Below the pieces are notes generated by a model. That model was not told the DNA's origin and did no database searches. It saw only the letters and a program-made list of their open reading frames with translations. A stretch of 63,043 bases of DNA, filler included, from Reticulomyxa filosa (taxonomy: Eukaryota > Protista > Foraminifera), in NCBI GenBank assembly GCA_000512085.1. It is 17 parts of 17 records of this genome, joined end to end, with 100 filler letters (N's around TTAATTAATTAA, not from the genome) between each part and the next. Parts side by side here need not be neighbours in the genome. Positions count along the whole stretch, not along the records: positions 1 to 7,109 come from ASPP01007531.1; positions 7,210 to 9,837 come from ASPP01005733.1; positions 9,938 to 12,716 come from ASPP01022605.1; positions 12,817 to 15,294 come from ASPP01019535.1; 13 more parts are not named here. One strand, given 5' to 3'. The position numbers and the translations under genes were made by a program. Positions 1-13,172 of the stretch are shown here, piece after piece. Within the stretch, counting starts at the first letter, position 1, and each line of letters starts with the position of its first letter.

Positions 1-3
1 ATC

Positions 4-608
4 GTGGAATTGATTATGAATCACAAAAATGATAAAAATAATAAAGAGTATTTAGACGCAATGAATATATGCAAATGGATATTAAAACAACGGGCCATAT
101 ACCTAATGAAGAGGATTGAATATGCAATGGATTATGTAAAAGATAAATTGGTTAATGAGATTATATTATCAAATTCATTGATGAAGATGTTATGAAACAT
201 TATTGCAAGAAGGTGCGACTTTTTTATTGGGAGTAAGTCAGAATGATTTGAAATAGCATTAATTAAAAAATAATTTGTTGTATCAGATAGCAAGTGGAAA
301 CGTAATGATTATAGTATATTTGATGAAGAGTGGAGCATTTGAACAAACACTTATCGCAAAAGCAAATATACACACCATTCAAACAGGAGCATTTTATCGT
401 CGTGATGCATCCACTAATCAAACCTATTTTCAATTGTGTCTTAATTCAACAGAACGAGTCCATTTTTATCGGTTTTATAAGTCCAAATTTTCAAAACTTA
501 TTAAAAATTTCAAAGAAATTGATAAGAAATTGGTTTGATTTTATTTTGACGCTAATGTATTTCATTGTCAAGTCACTCCTTCTTTGTCTCATATTTCTTA
601 AATTGTAA
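4..608 (+). pseudogene. Decayed, internally deleted 3' part of a paralog of the HEAT-ankyrin protein at 15400-19902
   Basis: KEYLDAMNICKWILKQRAIYLMKRIEYAMDYVKDKL matches KEYSDAMGVCELILKQRIMYPMKRIEYAIDYVKDKL. TNQTYFQLCLNSTERVHFYRFY matches TNQTYFQLYLNSTERNQFYRFY. The copy has frameshifts and stops, and about 850 bp of the intact gene is absent. Confidence 0.9.
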
Positions 609-2109
609 ATTATTGAACATCCATTTGGAAGGATAATTATTTTTTGTTTGTTTAAGCTTAAGTATTTGAATTTGAATACCACACCCAGTTGTATGATTTT
701 TGTCTCAACAGCTTGTTTAATACATTTTGTCATCAAAGTCAATTTTGAAAGTGAAGAGTCAACACTGTAATTAAGAGTGTTAATGAAAATACTGGTCATC
801 ATACTTTTCCTTCTTTTCATTCCATCAAAAAAAAGTTATCCTCTTCAATTGAAAGTTACTTTTAAATTGGAGTTGCATCTGTGTCACTTTCATTTAATAT
901 TTTTATTGAAAAAATATTGTTGTTAATGTGCTTATTTCTGAGACCTATCAACATATATCTATTGAAATGTCTCACAGTTGTCAAAACTATTCATTGAATG
1001 ATTGGAAAGTGTTTTTTTTACATAAACACAAATTATAACCAAAGTATGAACTGCACACAACATTAAATTAACTTTCAAGACTTTAGTCCCTACCTGTATT
1101 CCACAAACTATCATATAAAAAACATAACCATATTACAACAAATGATCTTTAAAGATGTTGTTTGTTTTGTAATATTGTACTTCAACCGCTTGTTTGTAAA
1201 AATATGCATAATAAATAAAATGGATAAATATGATACTTGAAATATTGTTATCTTTGGAGGTGATAATCATAGAAAAAAATTGTTTAATACATTTCAAGCA
1301 ATCAGTGAGAACGTGCAATGGCTGTAGATAACAAATATTATTGGAAAAATAAGATTTAACAGGAATCAATTTGAAAATGTCTCAAGGATTGCCTCAAACT
1401 GAAGCAGCGTTTTTACATTGAATAATTTCCACTGCAATTAACTCTCTGACAAAATTAGATCAAGGTTCTATGTTTTCAAATCAGCGACACAATTTGCTGA
1501 AGAAGATACACGTAGTTAAAAGTCTTGATAATTTAAGAACTAAAAAAACTTATTCACACAGACAAATCCGTTATTTGTGGTCATTTCAATACTAATGCAA
1601 AGGAATTGATGTTAATTGGGAATTAATTTATTAAATATTTTAAAGATCAATGAGGCAATCGGGTTGTCTTATTTTGCACTGTATTGTTTTTCTTCTGATA
1701 TTCCTCAAGTGATCTTTTGGATTTGGACATAACAACTAAAAACTCTTTAAAAAAAAATATGAATTTACAAGATTGCCTATATATTCTCAAAAAAAGAGAA
1801 TTGATCACCGATTCAATCTATCCAGCACTGTGCAAAAAGAGAAAAGTTAGCATTCATCCAAAGTGATCGCAAAAGTTGCCTTGAAAAGTTGTATGTAAGT
1901 GAAAAAATTAAGACAAAAATACAAATTAAACAAATAGTGTCTTTTTTTTTTCCCTCAAGCATTGGTTCAGATTCTGTTTAAATAAAATATATATATATAT
2001 GATAATAACAATATGTATATATATCTTATTTAGAAATGCGAAAGAAAAAAAAAAGATGTGGAAAGAAAAAGTATTTGAATTGAAAAAAAAAACAGGCAAA
2101 AAAAAAAAA

Positions 2110-3008
2110 TCAGTCGAAAAGTTGTTCAACATAGAACATAGGAGCTTCTAAGAGGCGGGTGGTATTGGGTTTCCAAAACCCTAATTGTTCCAAGGATTGG
2201 TGATTGTTGTCGTAAACAACGCGAGGATGAGTGGAGATGAGTCGAAAGCGATTGACCACACTGCTCAAGTTGTTGTTGGCTAATTCGTGATTCACCCAAC
2301 ATTTGATATCCGCCAATGTGTTGTCATTTCGAAACAATCTCGTACAACGAGCTCCATTTGGTAGTCGAATTCGTACTCGCACCGTCGTGGCCCCACCTTT
2401 TTGATATATATTTTTTAATTCCAATACCCACTCCAAAAAAATATATATATATATATGTATGTATATGTATAGAGTGAGTTGTAACAAACAGAAAACTGAG
2501 TGGCTCAGGAGGCAATTGATCCAAGTGGACATTGGATGTCTCAACCGAGAGAGAGTCCGAGTTGAGTGAAGCAGTGTCTTTCTTCGGAAAGGAAGCCAAG
2601 ACAGGGGTCAGTTCTGCCATCGTTGAAGTAGCAGTCTTCAACAGACTGTCAGATTTGTTATTGTTGTCATTATTATTATTATTGTTATTGTTATCATTAT
2701 TGTTATTATGTTGTTGGAAATGATGTGAAGTTTGTGCAAATTCTTTGTCTTGTTGTGCTCGTAAATATCGGTACGATTCGTGTTTGGATATTTCAATTGC
2801 CATGTGAGTTTCTTCGTCTTCGTACAACGACCACAGCACTTCTTCCGGTATTTCTGCGTTTCAAGCATTATTGTCGACAACATTAAAAAGACAAAGGACA
2901 ATATAAGTAACCTCGAGGAGGGGCATTTGCAAATGAGTCTTGAGAATTGAAAGGTGAGTTGGTGTCTACACTTGCAATTGGAAAAAGAGAGGAGGACACG
3001 TGTGAGCC
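2110..3008 (-). CDS. UBX-domain protein (p97/Cdc48 cofactor) with a UIM-like motif; 3' exons
   Basis: LPPEP, then an intron, then GGATTVRVRIRLPNGARCTRLF...LISTHPRVVY...SLEQLGF, a typical UBX domain. Upstream EDEETHMAIEISKHE is UIM-like and is followed by LRAQQDKEF. GT-AG introns at about 2398-2495 and 2856-2911. Confidence 0.85.
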
Positions 3009-3075
3009 CTAATTATTACCTAAAAAAAAAAAGGGGGAGGGAGAGGCAGAATGGGAAGGAGGGAGAAAAAAAGTT

Positions 3076-4084
3076 TTACAATAAAAAACTTCGAGGAGTC
3101 GGGACTTGGTCGTGAAAAGAGTGTGAACGACGATCATCGATGCGTTCATAGTTATTGTTATTATTATTATTATTATTATTATTAATTTTTTTGTTATCAT
3201 TGACATTGTCATTGTTACTAATGTCGTTGTTGTTGTTGTTGTTGTGACTGGCATCGGATAGTGACAAGAAGGACGCACGACGACGACGACGACGACAGAA
3301 CAAGGAGGTACACATCGGAATGGTCAGTGCGATGCGAAGGAGCAAAAACAAGGGGAATAGGATGATGACCAGGATGTACAGTGAGTTGTGCTTGTCACTC
3401 GACGGCGGCAGCAACATCAAGAACACTGGCAAGCCCATCCCCAAGTTCACTATGCCTGCTATATTGCTACTCACAATCCATTGATACGTACACCTAATTT
3501 CAATTCCTTCTCTTTCAATAACAGATTCTCTTCTTGCATTTGTGCCATTGATCACTGTTGCTGTTGTTGCTGCTACTGCTTCTCTCTCCTCTTCTTCTTC
3601 TTCTTCTTCTTCGTTATTTTCTTCTTCTTCTTCTCTTAATAACGACGCCGACAGATGCTCCGACGATTCTTTCAACATCACGTTCAAACGGATTATTGTC
3701 AACAAAAACAGTCGCATGCTTTCCAATATTGGCCACCACAGATATCCACTACTCGCTTCCTTTCTGTGATAACCTTTTATTGTTTATGTGGGATCGATGC
3801 TTGGCTCGGCTGAGGAGAGAAAAGGATACCTTTTTCTTTTTTTTTCCTCAAAGCTGAAACAGACTTCCACACAAATCCGGACCTAAGAGCACACACATTG
3901 TGATTATCTCAAACATATTGCAAAATGTTGACAAAGCATTGAATCGAAAGGTTCCGACCGTTGTGCGATAATCCCACACCGTTGATAAATAATCCATGAT
4001 CGCATTTACTTTGAAAAGCTCACACAGACGTTGGCCTGAAACTGTTCGACCCAACAAGTCCCAAAACGGGCACTGTTGTGGCAT
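3076..4084 (-). CDS. Multi-pass membrane coding exons, probably the 5' part of the UBX gene
   Basis: ORFs 3848-4126 and 3076-3726 carry hydrophobic segments (IAGIVNLGMGLPVFLMLLP; LYILVIILFPLFLLLRIALTIPM) plus poly-E and poly-N tracts. They are on the same strand and can be spliced to the 3008 exon. Confidence 0.55.
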
Positions 4085-4572
4085 ACCATTCAAATAAAAA
4101 CCACTTAGACTTTGAATCTTTACCAATTTTTATTTTTATTTTAGTGCATTGTTTTCGACAATAATACTTGTTCTTAAATAATTTTACTGGCTCGACTTTT
4201 TCCATCAAATTAATAATGGATCAGAAAATATCGGAATAAATTTACGGAAAAAAATAAATTGCTCGCAATTGCGTTAAAAGAAGTATTTCTCCCACTTTAT
4301 GGCAGTATCAAGCTCCACTTTAACTTTTTGCAAAATTTTTTAATGACAAATACCCCCTTTCCAAAGGCACAATTGTAAGTGATCTGAATGCCGAGATTGA
4401 CAAAACTGAGAGGAGTCAATCATCCAATACCAAAGGTATTGGAAAAAAAGTTGTAAAGACGTTTCAAATTATAAAAAGATGTGGTAAGGAGAGAGATACG
4501 AAGGTGAGCCAAAAAAAACAACCTTCAAAAACATGAAAAAAAAAAAACGAGGACAGCACACATACATTCAAT

Positions 4573-5930
4573 TCAAAGTTTTGATTGGGGGACCACCGAA
4601 ATTGTCTTTGTGATAGTTTTCAGAGAGGCAATGGCTCCAGTCATCATGTCTTCAAAGATCTCTTTTGCAGGTTTGATATCATCGATAGCTCCCGCAACCT
4701 GGCCAGACAAGTGGCCTTCAGCCTCATGCAAAAAGGCTTTAATTTCGCTTTGAGGCTTTTGTTTTTGTTCATGCACAAAAGGAACGATTCCCCGTTGCAA
4801 TAAATTTTCCATTTCTTCCTTTCGTTCCGTTTCCCATTTTTTCACATAGTCATTTCTTATCACACGGAGTGGACGACCACTGTAGATCAATGTGCGGTCT
4901 GTATCGTCATACGTAGCCTTCACAATAGCTTGTTTGTGGTTCAAAGACGCACCGGCTTCAACGGAGCAGACAAATCTTGTTCCGACCCACACTGCTTGTG
5001 CTCCTGTTTGTTTGCATTTGTTTATACTTTTTTTGTGGTGGTTCATTCTTAATACATACATCTTTTACACATCCTTCTCTTGTGTAATGATATTGCAAAA
5101 TGTAGGACACAAAAGTTACCCAATGCCAAGCCCATTGCCAAGCCTCTGCCATCATAGATACCACCTGCTGCTACGACATGTACGGGATCACCAGTTAAAG
5201 GCGATTTGTATTTTTTGCACAAATCGACTACTTTCGGAATCAACAGAGATGTGGCCACGTGACCAGTATGTCCTCCTCCTTCGCCGCCTATTTAATAAAC
5301 ACAACAAAAAAAAAATTTTCACTTTTCTTTTTTTTTGCGAATTTTTTTTGAGGGAAAAAAAAATAAAAAAAAATAGAATTTTCTATTCCAAAAAAAAAAA
5401 AAGTTCTTTTTCCCCCCCCCCCTCCCCCTTTTTTTTTGCTCACCTTGTGCTATAATGATGTCGACCCCTTGCACACAAGCTTTGTCCACATGTTTGGGAT
5501 GTCCGACCATGTTGGCACATAAGATGTTGTTTTTATGAAATTTTTCGACGACCCATTTTGGTGGCACCCCTACGGCACACACAAAGAGTTTTGCTTTGGA
5601 TTCGATGATTACATCCACTAACTCTTCCAATTGCCCTTCAGTATAATCTTTGTTGGTTTTGCGAGCACTTCCACCCACTTGAGGAATCAACAAGTCAACG
5701 CCAAAGTTGCTTTTTTTATCTTCATCCAAATTTTTTTTCAATACTGAAATGGCTGTTTTCAAAATTCTTGGTGACATCAACACTCCCCCAATCACACCCA
5801 GCCCACCACAGTTGCTTATTACCGCAGCCAGCTCTGGACCTGCGGCTTTATTCATCCCTGCCAAAATGATTGGACATTCAATGCCCAACAACTTTGTCAG
5901 CGGTGTTGTGATGGTCTCTTTTCGGCTCAT
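4573..5930 (-). CDS. Nitronate monooxygenase / 2-nitropropane dioxygenase family FMN enzyme, 3 exons, C-terminal SKL
   Basis: Motifs PIILAGM, GGLGVIGG, GVDIIIAQG|GEGGGHTG, VVAAGGIYDGRGLAMGLALG|AQAVWVGTRF, SGQVAGAI. Exons 5930-5444, 5287-5120, 5003-4573 with GT-AG introns. Confidence 0.93.
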
Positions 5931-6662
5931 TTTCACACGATTTATAACAAAATCAATCAAAAACAAAGTCTTTTTTTTACTGAAAGAACCGTTTTTTCCG
6001 TCTTTTCGTGCAGAACCTGTAAGTGCTTGCACTTATTTTTTTTATACTACCACTTGCTTAACTATGCACGGGGGTGTCTGGTTTTACGTGTTTCATTTTT
6101 TTTTTGATGAGATGTGATTCAAAAGCAACATTTAATTTAGAAAGTATGTGCCTACACTGCCATAGTACTCCTAAAAAAAATTGAACTTGGACACAAAAAG
6201 ACAAGCGCTTATTCCTTGTATGTCAAGATACAAACTATCACTATCTTCATTGTAACTTCTCAACCTCTTTAAGCTAGAAGAAACTCTTATTTTTCAACAG
6301 ATTGAATTAATTGGAAAATAATTCTAAAAATGACTCTTTCATGTACTTGCCACTACCTCGGCCAGCAGTTAGCAACTCCATACCACGTATACAAATTCCG
6401 TTGGATGTGAACATAATACTTGAAAAAGAAAACAAATACAATATTGGGCTGATATTATTTGTGCTTATGAAGGGAATTATTGAATTTTTAAATTAAAACA
6501 TAGTTTCAAATTGATAAAGAGGATTTTGTAGGGTAATGCTACTAACCGCAAATGAAGTTACATGACACCATTATAACTAAAACGAGCAAAGAGGAAACAA
6601 AATATTGAAGTGAAATTAAGAGTAAAGTGAATTCTTTTTAAAAAAAAAACTTAAAAAGTTCC

Positions 6663-7100
6663 TTGACATTTTTTGCTGAAATGGATTCAGTGTATGTTCT
6701 TTCTCGGTTTATGCAATACAACAAACGCACTGTACGTGATTTGAGTGCAGATACTCAGGGCTTATTTGTGTCAGTCTTATTTACAAATAACGATGCACAA
6801 ATTCACAACTTAACTTATCATCACGCGTTTTCGCGAAAGTCGATATTGAATTTGCGGAATGTGATATCAATAAATTATGTGACATTGACATGGCCACCAA
6901 CACAAAGTAATATAACATCATCATTATCATCATCGTCATCATCATCATCGTCATCATCATCATCATCATCAGAACAAACAATAGGAAGTACACGAGTGAA
7001 TGGAGTAATAGTAGCACAAAAGCCAGAAACATCATATATTCGTTTGGCAGTATTTGTTCATTTTTCAGTTTTGATAAAAATATTATATTTAAATAAATGA
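6663..7100 (+). CDS. Hypothetical protein exon with poly-Ser tract, truncated at contig end
   Basis: 145-codon ORF with a (TCA)n tract. No recognisable domain. Confidence 0.35.
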   Translation: MTFFAEMDSVYVLSRFMQYNKRTVRDLSADTQGLFVSVLFTNNDAQIHNLTYHHAFSRKSILNLRNVISINYVTLTWPPTQSNITSSLSSSSSSSSSSSSSSSEQTIGSTRVNGVIVAQKPETSYIRLAVFVHFSVLIKILYLNK

Positions 7101-7109
7101 AATTATTTC

Positions 7110-7209
7110 NNNNNNNNNNNNNNNNNNNNNNNNNNNNNNNNNNNNNNNNNNNNTTAATTAATTAANNNNNNNNNNNNNNNNNNNNNNNNNNNNNNNNNNN
7201 NNNNNNNNN
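7110..7209. other. Artificial contig-joining linker (first of 16 identical copies)
   Basis: N44-TTAATTAATTAA-N44, with stops in all six frames. Copies at 7110-7209, 9838-9937, 12717-12816, 15295-15394, 20835-20934, 22800-22899, 26661-26760, 27954-28053, 37072-37171, 38292-38391, 43102-43201, 44854-44953, 48177-48276, 50348-50447, 52734-52833, 56186-56285. Genes are truncated at these points. Confidence 0.98.
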
Positions 7210-7270
7210 AAAAAAAAAAACACAATCAAAAATGGATTTTTTTTTTTGTTTTAAAAAAGCTAGCATCGAT

Positions 7271-8795
7271 CTACAATACTTTGGCGTCTTTTTTGAAAAA
7301 AGAATCTTTGTTTTGTGCGTTGGAAGTGAGTAAGTCATTGGTGCTTTGTAATGGACGATGAGCCTGATCTTGCAAACGAGGTGAGGTAGTAGTGGTAGTA
7401 GCAGCAGCGGCAGAAGGCGCCGTAGTGGTGTGAAACGAGAGCGAAAGCTTAAAACGAAGAGCCAAAGAGCGAGCCAATTGGCCAATAGGCAAATTGTGAA
7501 ATCGGAGGACGTCTGTTGCACTCGTTGTTGAAGCGAATGTTTCGTCCATCGCTTTTGTCCGTCGGAGACAGTTTGTTCAGCAATTCGCCACAATCCTTGT
7601 TGGGTTGGAAACAAAGGCTTTGGCACATTGAACACAGCACAGTGCAAGCATTCGAACCATTTCAATCGTTGATTCACATCGCTGCAGCGCAACACGAGCA
7701 CCCCTTCCTCGCCGATATGCAGTGTTAACGTCAGCAATTCCTCTTCGCTCAACGTGAGATTACTCTCGTCGCTTAAATCCGCAGTTTCGATCGAAGTCAC
7801 CATTGCCAAAGGTAACACTCCCAAAGGCTTCATCAATGTCTCTTTACGGTTCCACCACTTTGACAACATATTCGGTTCCTCAAACCATACCAACGCCTCC
7901 TCAAATAACCGAAACAACCGATTCTCCCATTTCACATATCCAAACACACTTTTTTGCGGCATTAATTTTTCCAACTCCCCTTTTTTGTTGTTTTCATACG
8001 TGCATTCACCACACATCTACATATATATATACATATATATGTATATGTGTATATGTGTATATTATTTGTATGTATTTATGTAAATAACCTTGAATCCAAG
8101 GCTGCAAAGTGCACAGGTTATCTTGGGAAGAAAGGGAAGGAATAGACAAGGACGAACGAGGTGATGACACAGAGGTTTGTAAGTTTTTAGGATGAAAGCA
8201 GTTAAATTTATTTATAATGGTTTGTAAATAAATGTCTTGGCTGAGAGGGTCGTCTGCTGTCGTCTTCATTGCTGATGATAACTCCCCGTTTTTTGTTCTC
8301 TTTAAATATTCATTCAAATATGGTAAATGCTTCGTCAGTTCATTCCATTCTTTCTCTTTGTCTTGCTCATTGTTCTGTTCGTTTTCATCTTCTTCACTTT
8401 CCATTGTCATTCCGGCCTCCTTTGTCTTTTCTTCCTCTTTCGCGTTGTTTTCTTCCTTGCTTTCTTTTTTGGCCGCTTTCATCTCTTTGCATTTCGTTAA
8501 TAACTCACTTTCCACTGTTGCGTCATCGGATTCTTCTTCGTTCCCTTTTTTTTTTTTTTTTTTTGAGGAGAAAAAAAAAAGAGTCTTTTTATGTGTGTAT
8601 GTGGTGTGATTTGTTGTTGAGTTACCAGTCCGTTCTGTCATTTGGACATCAATTGGATCAACCTATATAGTGGAAAGAGGGGTCATATCGGATTCGTTTC
8701 CATTATCCCAAGTTAATATATACATGTACACTTGTCTCGTGGCGTCAAAGCCTTTTGTTTGTAAGTAACAGTCCAAAACAACATACCAACGCCAT
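7271..8795 (-). CDS. PH-domain protein, multi-exon
   Basis: Splicing PWIQG to ELEKLMPQKSVFGYVKWENRLFRL...PLGVLPL...VLVLRCSDVNQRLKWFECLHCAV gives a complete PH fold, including the C-terminal helix Trp. N-terminal region is acidic and charged. First and last exons are tentative. Confidence 0.8.
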
Positions 8796-9417
8796 CTTTT
8801 TGTTTTTATTAGAATTTTTTCTCAAGTAAAGTTTTTATTTCTTCTATTGCGATTTTATTCTCAATGATTGAACGTCACGTTACCAATCCCTTAAAAACTT
8901 GAAAACGGAGTATTATTTTTCTGTTTTTGACGAATCAACTCGACAAGACCTCAAAATTGATATTTGTAGCGAAATGGAACAGATTTTAATCTTCTAAACT
9001 CCTTTAAGGCAAATGAAAATAAAAGTAAAGCGAAATAAGACCTCAAACAACACTTATCTAAAATTATATCAGATTAGATTGTTTTTTTCTACATTATATT
9101 TCATACGAAAAGATTCTGCATGTAAGCTGACCTACACAGAACAAAGAAGACAAAGGAGAGGAGAAAAGACTGTTTAAATCTAATTATATGGATAACGTCT
9201 GTTGTGCATACATAAGAAGGTAAGTGTGAACAATAGAATGCGTCTGACAATAATTGAACTCACACAACAATATATATACTTTTTTTGGTTTTTTCTGTCT
9301 CCCTCCAAAAAAAAAAAGCCGAAAGTGTTTGCAAAGAATTACTGAAATTGCTTTTTTTTTTTTTGCAACTTCAGTATTGAAATAATGGATTATAAGCATA
9401 GAAAAAGAAAAAAGAGT

Positions 9418-9837
9418 CTATGGCAAAATAGTGGCATTGGTATTAGCTTTGGTATTGTTATTGGTATTATTATTACTATTGTTAGCAGTATTGTGATTGT
9501 GAAGTGAAATGGAAGAGCTATTTTTGGGGTTTTTAAGTTTTGCCAAAACAAGTTTGTATTGATCCTCCAAAGTTTCGACTCGAGATTGAAACTTTTTGGT
9601 TTCGTCTTCGCGTTTGGCAATTTCTTCGCGTATTTGCATGAGCGCCTTGACCAACCGTTTTTTCTGAGTTTTGACTTTGTTGAGTTCGTTTTCCAACCCC
9701 AAGTCCTGACTGCCACGCTTGACGGCCACCAAATCGCTTTGCACTTTGAACTTGCGTTGTCGTTGCAGCTCTTGCTCCTTTAAAGTTTGCTTCGTTGGAA
9801 CCGAAAGGGTTTGAATTCCGGGTTTTTAAAAACCCGG
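9418..9837 (-). CDS. 3' fragment of a coiled-coil protein
   Basis: Heptad-rich LENELNKVKTQKKRLVKALMQIREEIAKRE...VETLEDQYKLVLAKL followed by an Asn-rich tail. 5' end cut by the linker. Confidence 0.6.
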
Positions 9838-9937
9838 NNNNNNNNNNNNNNNNNNNNNNNNNNNNNNNNNNNNNNNNNNNNTTAATTAATTAANNNNNNN
9901 NNNNNNNNNNNNNNNNNNNNNNNNNNNNNNNNNNNNN

Positions 9938-10661
9938 CCATTATCACTTGTGTCTAATTCACAAACAAAACAACCCCTTTTTTTCCGACTTTTTTTTTTT
10001 TTTGGCAGCACAACATGGATACATACATGTGTCCCCCCCCCCCCCCCTTCTTTTTTTTAAACAAAAGAAAAACACCACAATGCCCCACTCTCCATCGTCG
10101 GTGTGCTATGCAATTGAATCGGAGAGCCAACATTGTACCGTTCCTTTTTCGTCTGTTCATTTGTTTTGATTTTTTTAAAAAAAAAAAATTCTGGGATATC
10201 CATTTGATTTTGTTATCATTGATGATATTGTGTTTTAAAACAAAAAATAAATATTAACCCTTTTTTTTTTTTTTTGTCGACCTCAAAAAAATATATTTGT
10301 TCTGTTTTGTGTATTGCGATTGTGCACACATACACAAAATGCACACTTGTAGAATAAGACAATCTTGACTCGGGTCGGTCTTGCGTATATGTACTCGTTC
10401 CCCGTATTTGTCCATTCGACATGTCAATATCTTTGTTGTGGCTACAATTGTTCCCGTGTGCCATTGGTGCTCGTTCTCCACCGACACTGATCTCTCCGCG
10501 TTGCTTTGCTCTTTAATCCATATGCTGTCACCAACATTACATTCGTCCACAAATCGTCGCACACTTATTAATGTCTCGTCAACATCCAGTATTAACGACA
10601 GTGGTTTCTCACACGGCATTGTCCGTTGTGCTTTGCTTTCACTTGTTGACTTTTTTTTCAT
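9938..10661 (-). CDS. FCP1/SCP (NIF)-like HAD phosphatase, 5' part
   Basis: KPLSLILDVDETLIS is the DxDxT signature in its typical NIF-domain context. Truncated at contig end. Confidence 0.65.
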
Positions 10662-11036
10662 TGTTTTTTATTTTGGTTGATATTAATAATAATATTATTA
10701 TTTCGTTTATTTCTTGTCTATATCTCTTAGACAAATTATAAATTTATCGTAAAAACTCACTTTTCCCTTTTTACGAAAACCTTATGTGCTATATTATTAA
10801 GAATCTAATTTTATGTTACTTTTTTATTTGCAAACAAATATGCATAATTGAAAAAATTTTTTGTGCGTTTCTATCCTGTTGTTACTGGCAGCTTAGCAAT
10901 GTAAAGAACGATTGATTCCAGTAGAAATATGCTCTAAGATAAATTCGTGTTGTAAGTAAAAGGGGGAAATAATATATTTTTTTTTGGTAAAAAAAATATT
11001 GATAAGTTTTTATTCTGAACTGATCTCAATTGACAA

Positions 11037-12716
<1,680 letters not shown>

Positions 12717-13172
12717 NNNNNNNNNNNNNNNNNNNNNNNNNNNNNNNNNNNNNNNNNNNNTTAATTAATTAANNNNNNNNNNNNNNNNNNNNNNNNNNNN
12801 NNNNNNNNNNNNNNNNTGTTATCTATTAAATTGTTTTGTTAAAGCGGCTTGCAAACGTTAACCGTTTCTAAATGGATATTTTTTTTTCAAAATCGCCTGC
12901 ACAAGTACTTTTTAATCGCCATCTTGATCAACATTTTTCCCATTAGCCAATTGTATGAATGACAAAGGGTTTGATAACTTAACAAGTCAAATTGAAAATT
13001 TTTTTTGAAACATAACAGATCCACAACAAACCACTAATTTGAAAAAAAGTTGGAAAGAGAAACGGATAGGGAAAAACCAAAAGAAAAACGACAAAATGAA
13101 AAAAGACCGACAACAAAATCGATTTACACTAAGGCTGAAAGTCTTTCAAAGCTCCTCCCAGTCTGGCCGTGG

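Noticed and set aside
7110-7209. TTAATTAATTAA repeated 16 times, flanked by N, as a biological repeat or CRISPR-like array
   Set aside because: It is an identical 100-nt construct with six-frame stops at every gene truncation, so it is an assembly concatenation linker.
7990-8016. CGECTYEN as a RanBP2-type zinc finger
   Set aside because: The second Cys pair is absent, and the best splice placing IQGELEKL at the PH start puts this segment in an intron.
9818-9837. Perfect 20-bp palindrome CCGGGTTTTTAAAAACCCGG
   Set aside because: It sits at a contig end where every base is stretched into a run, typical of a low-quality read end.
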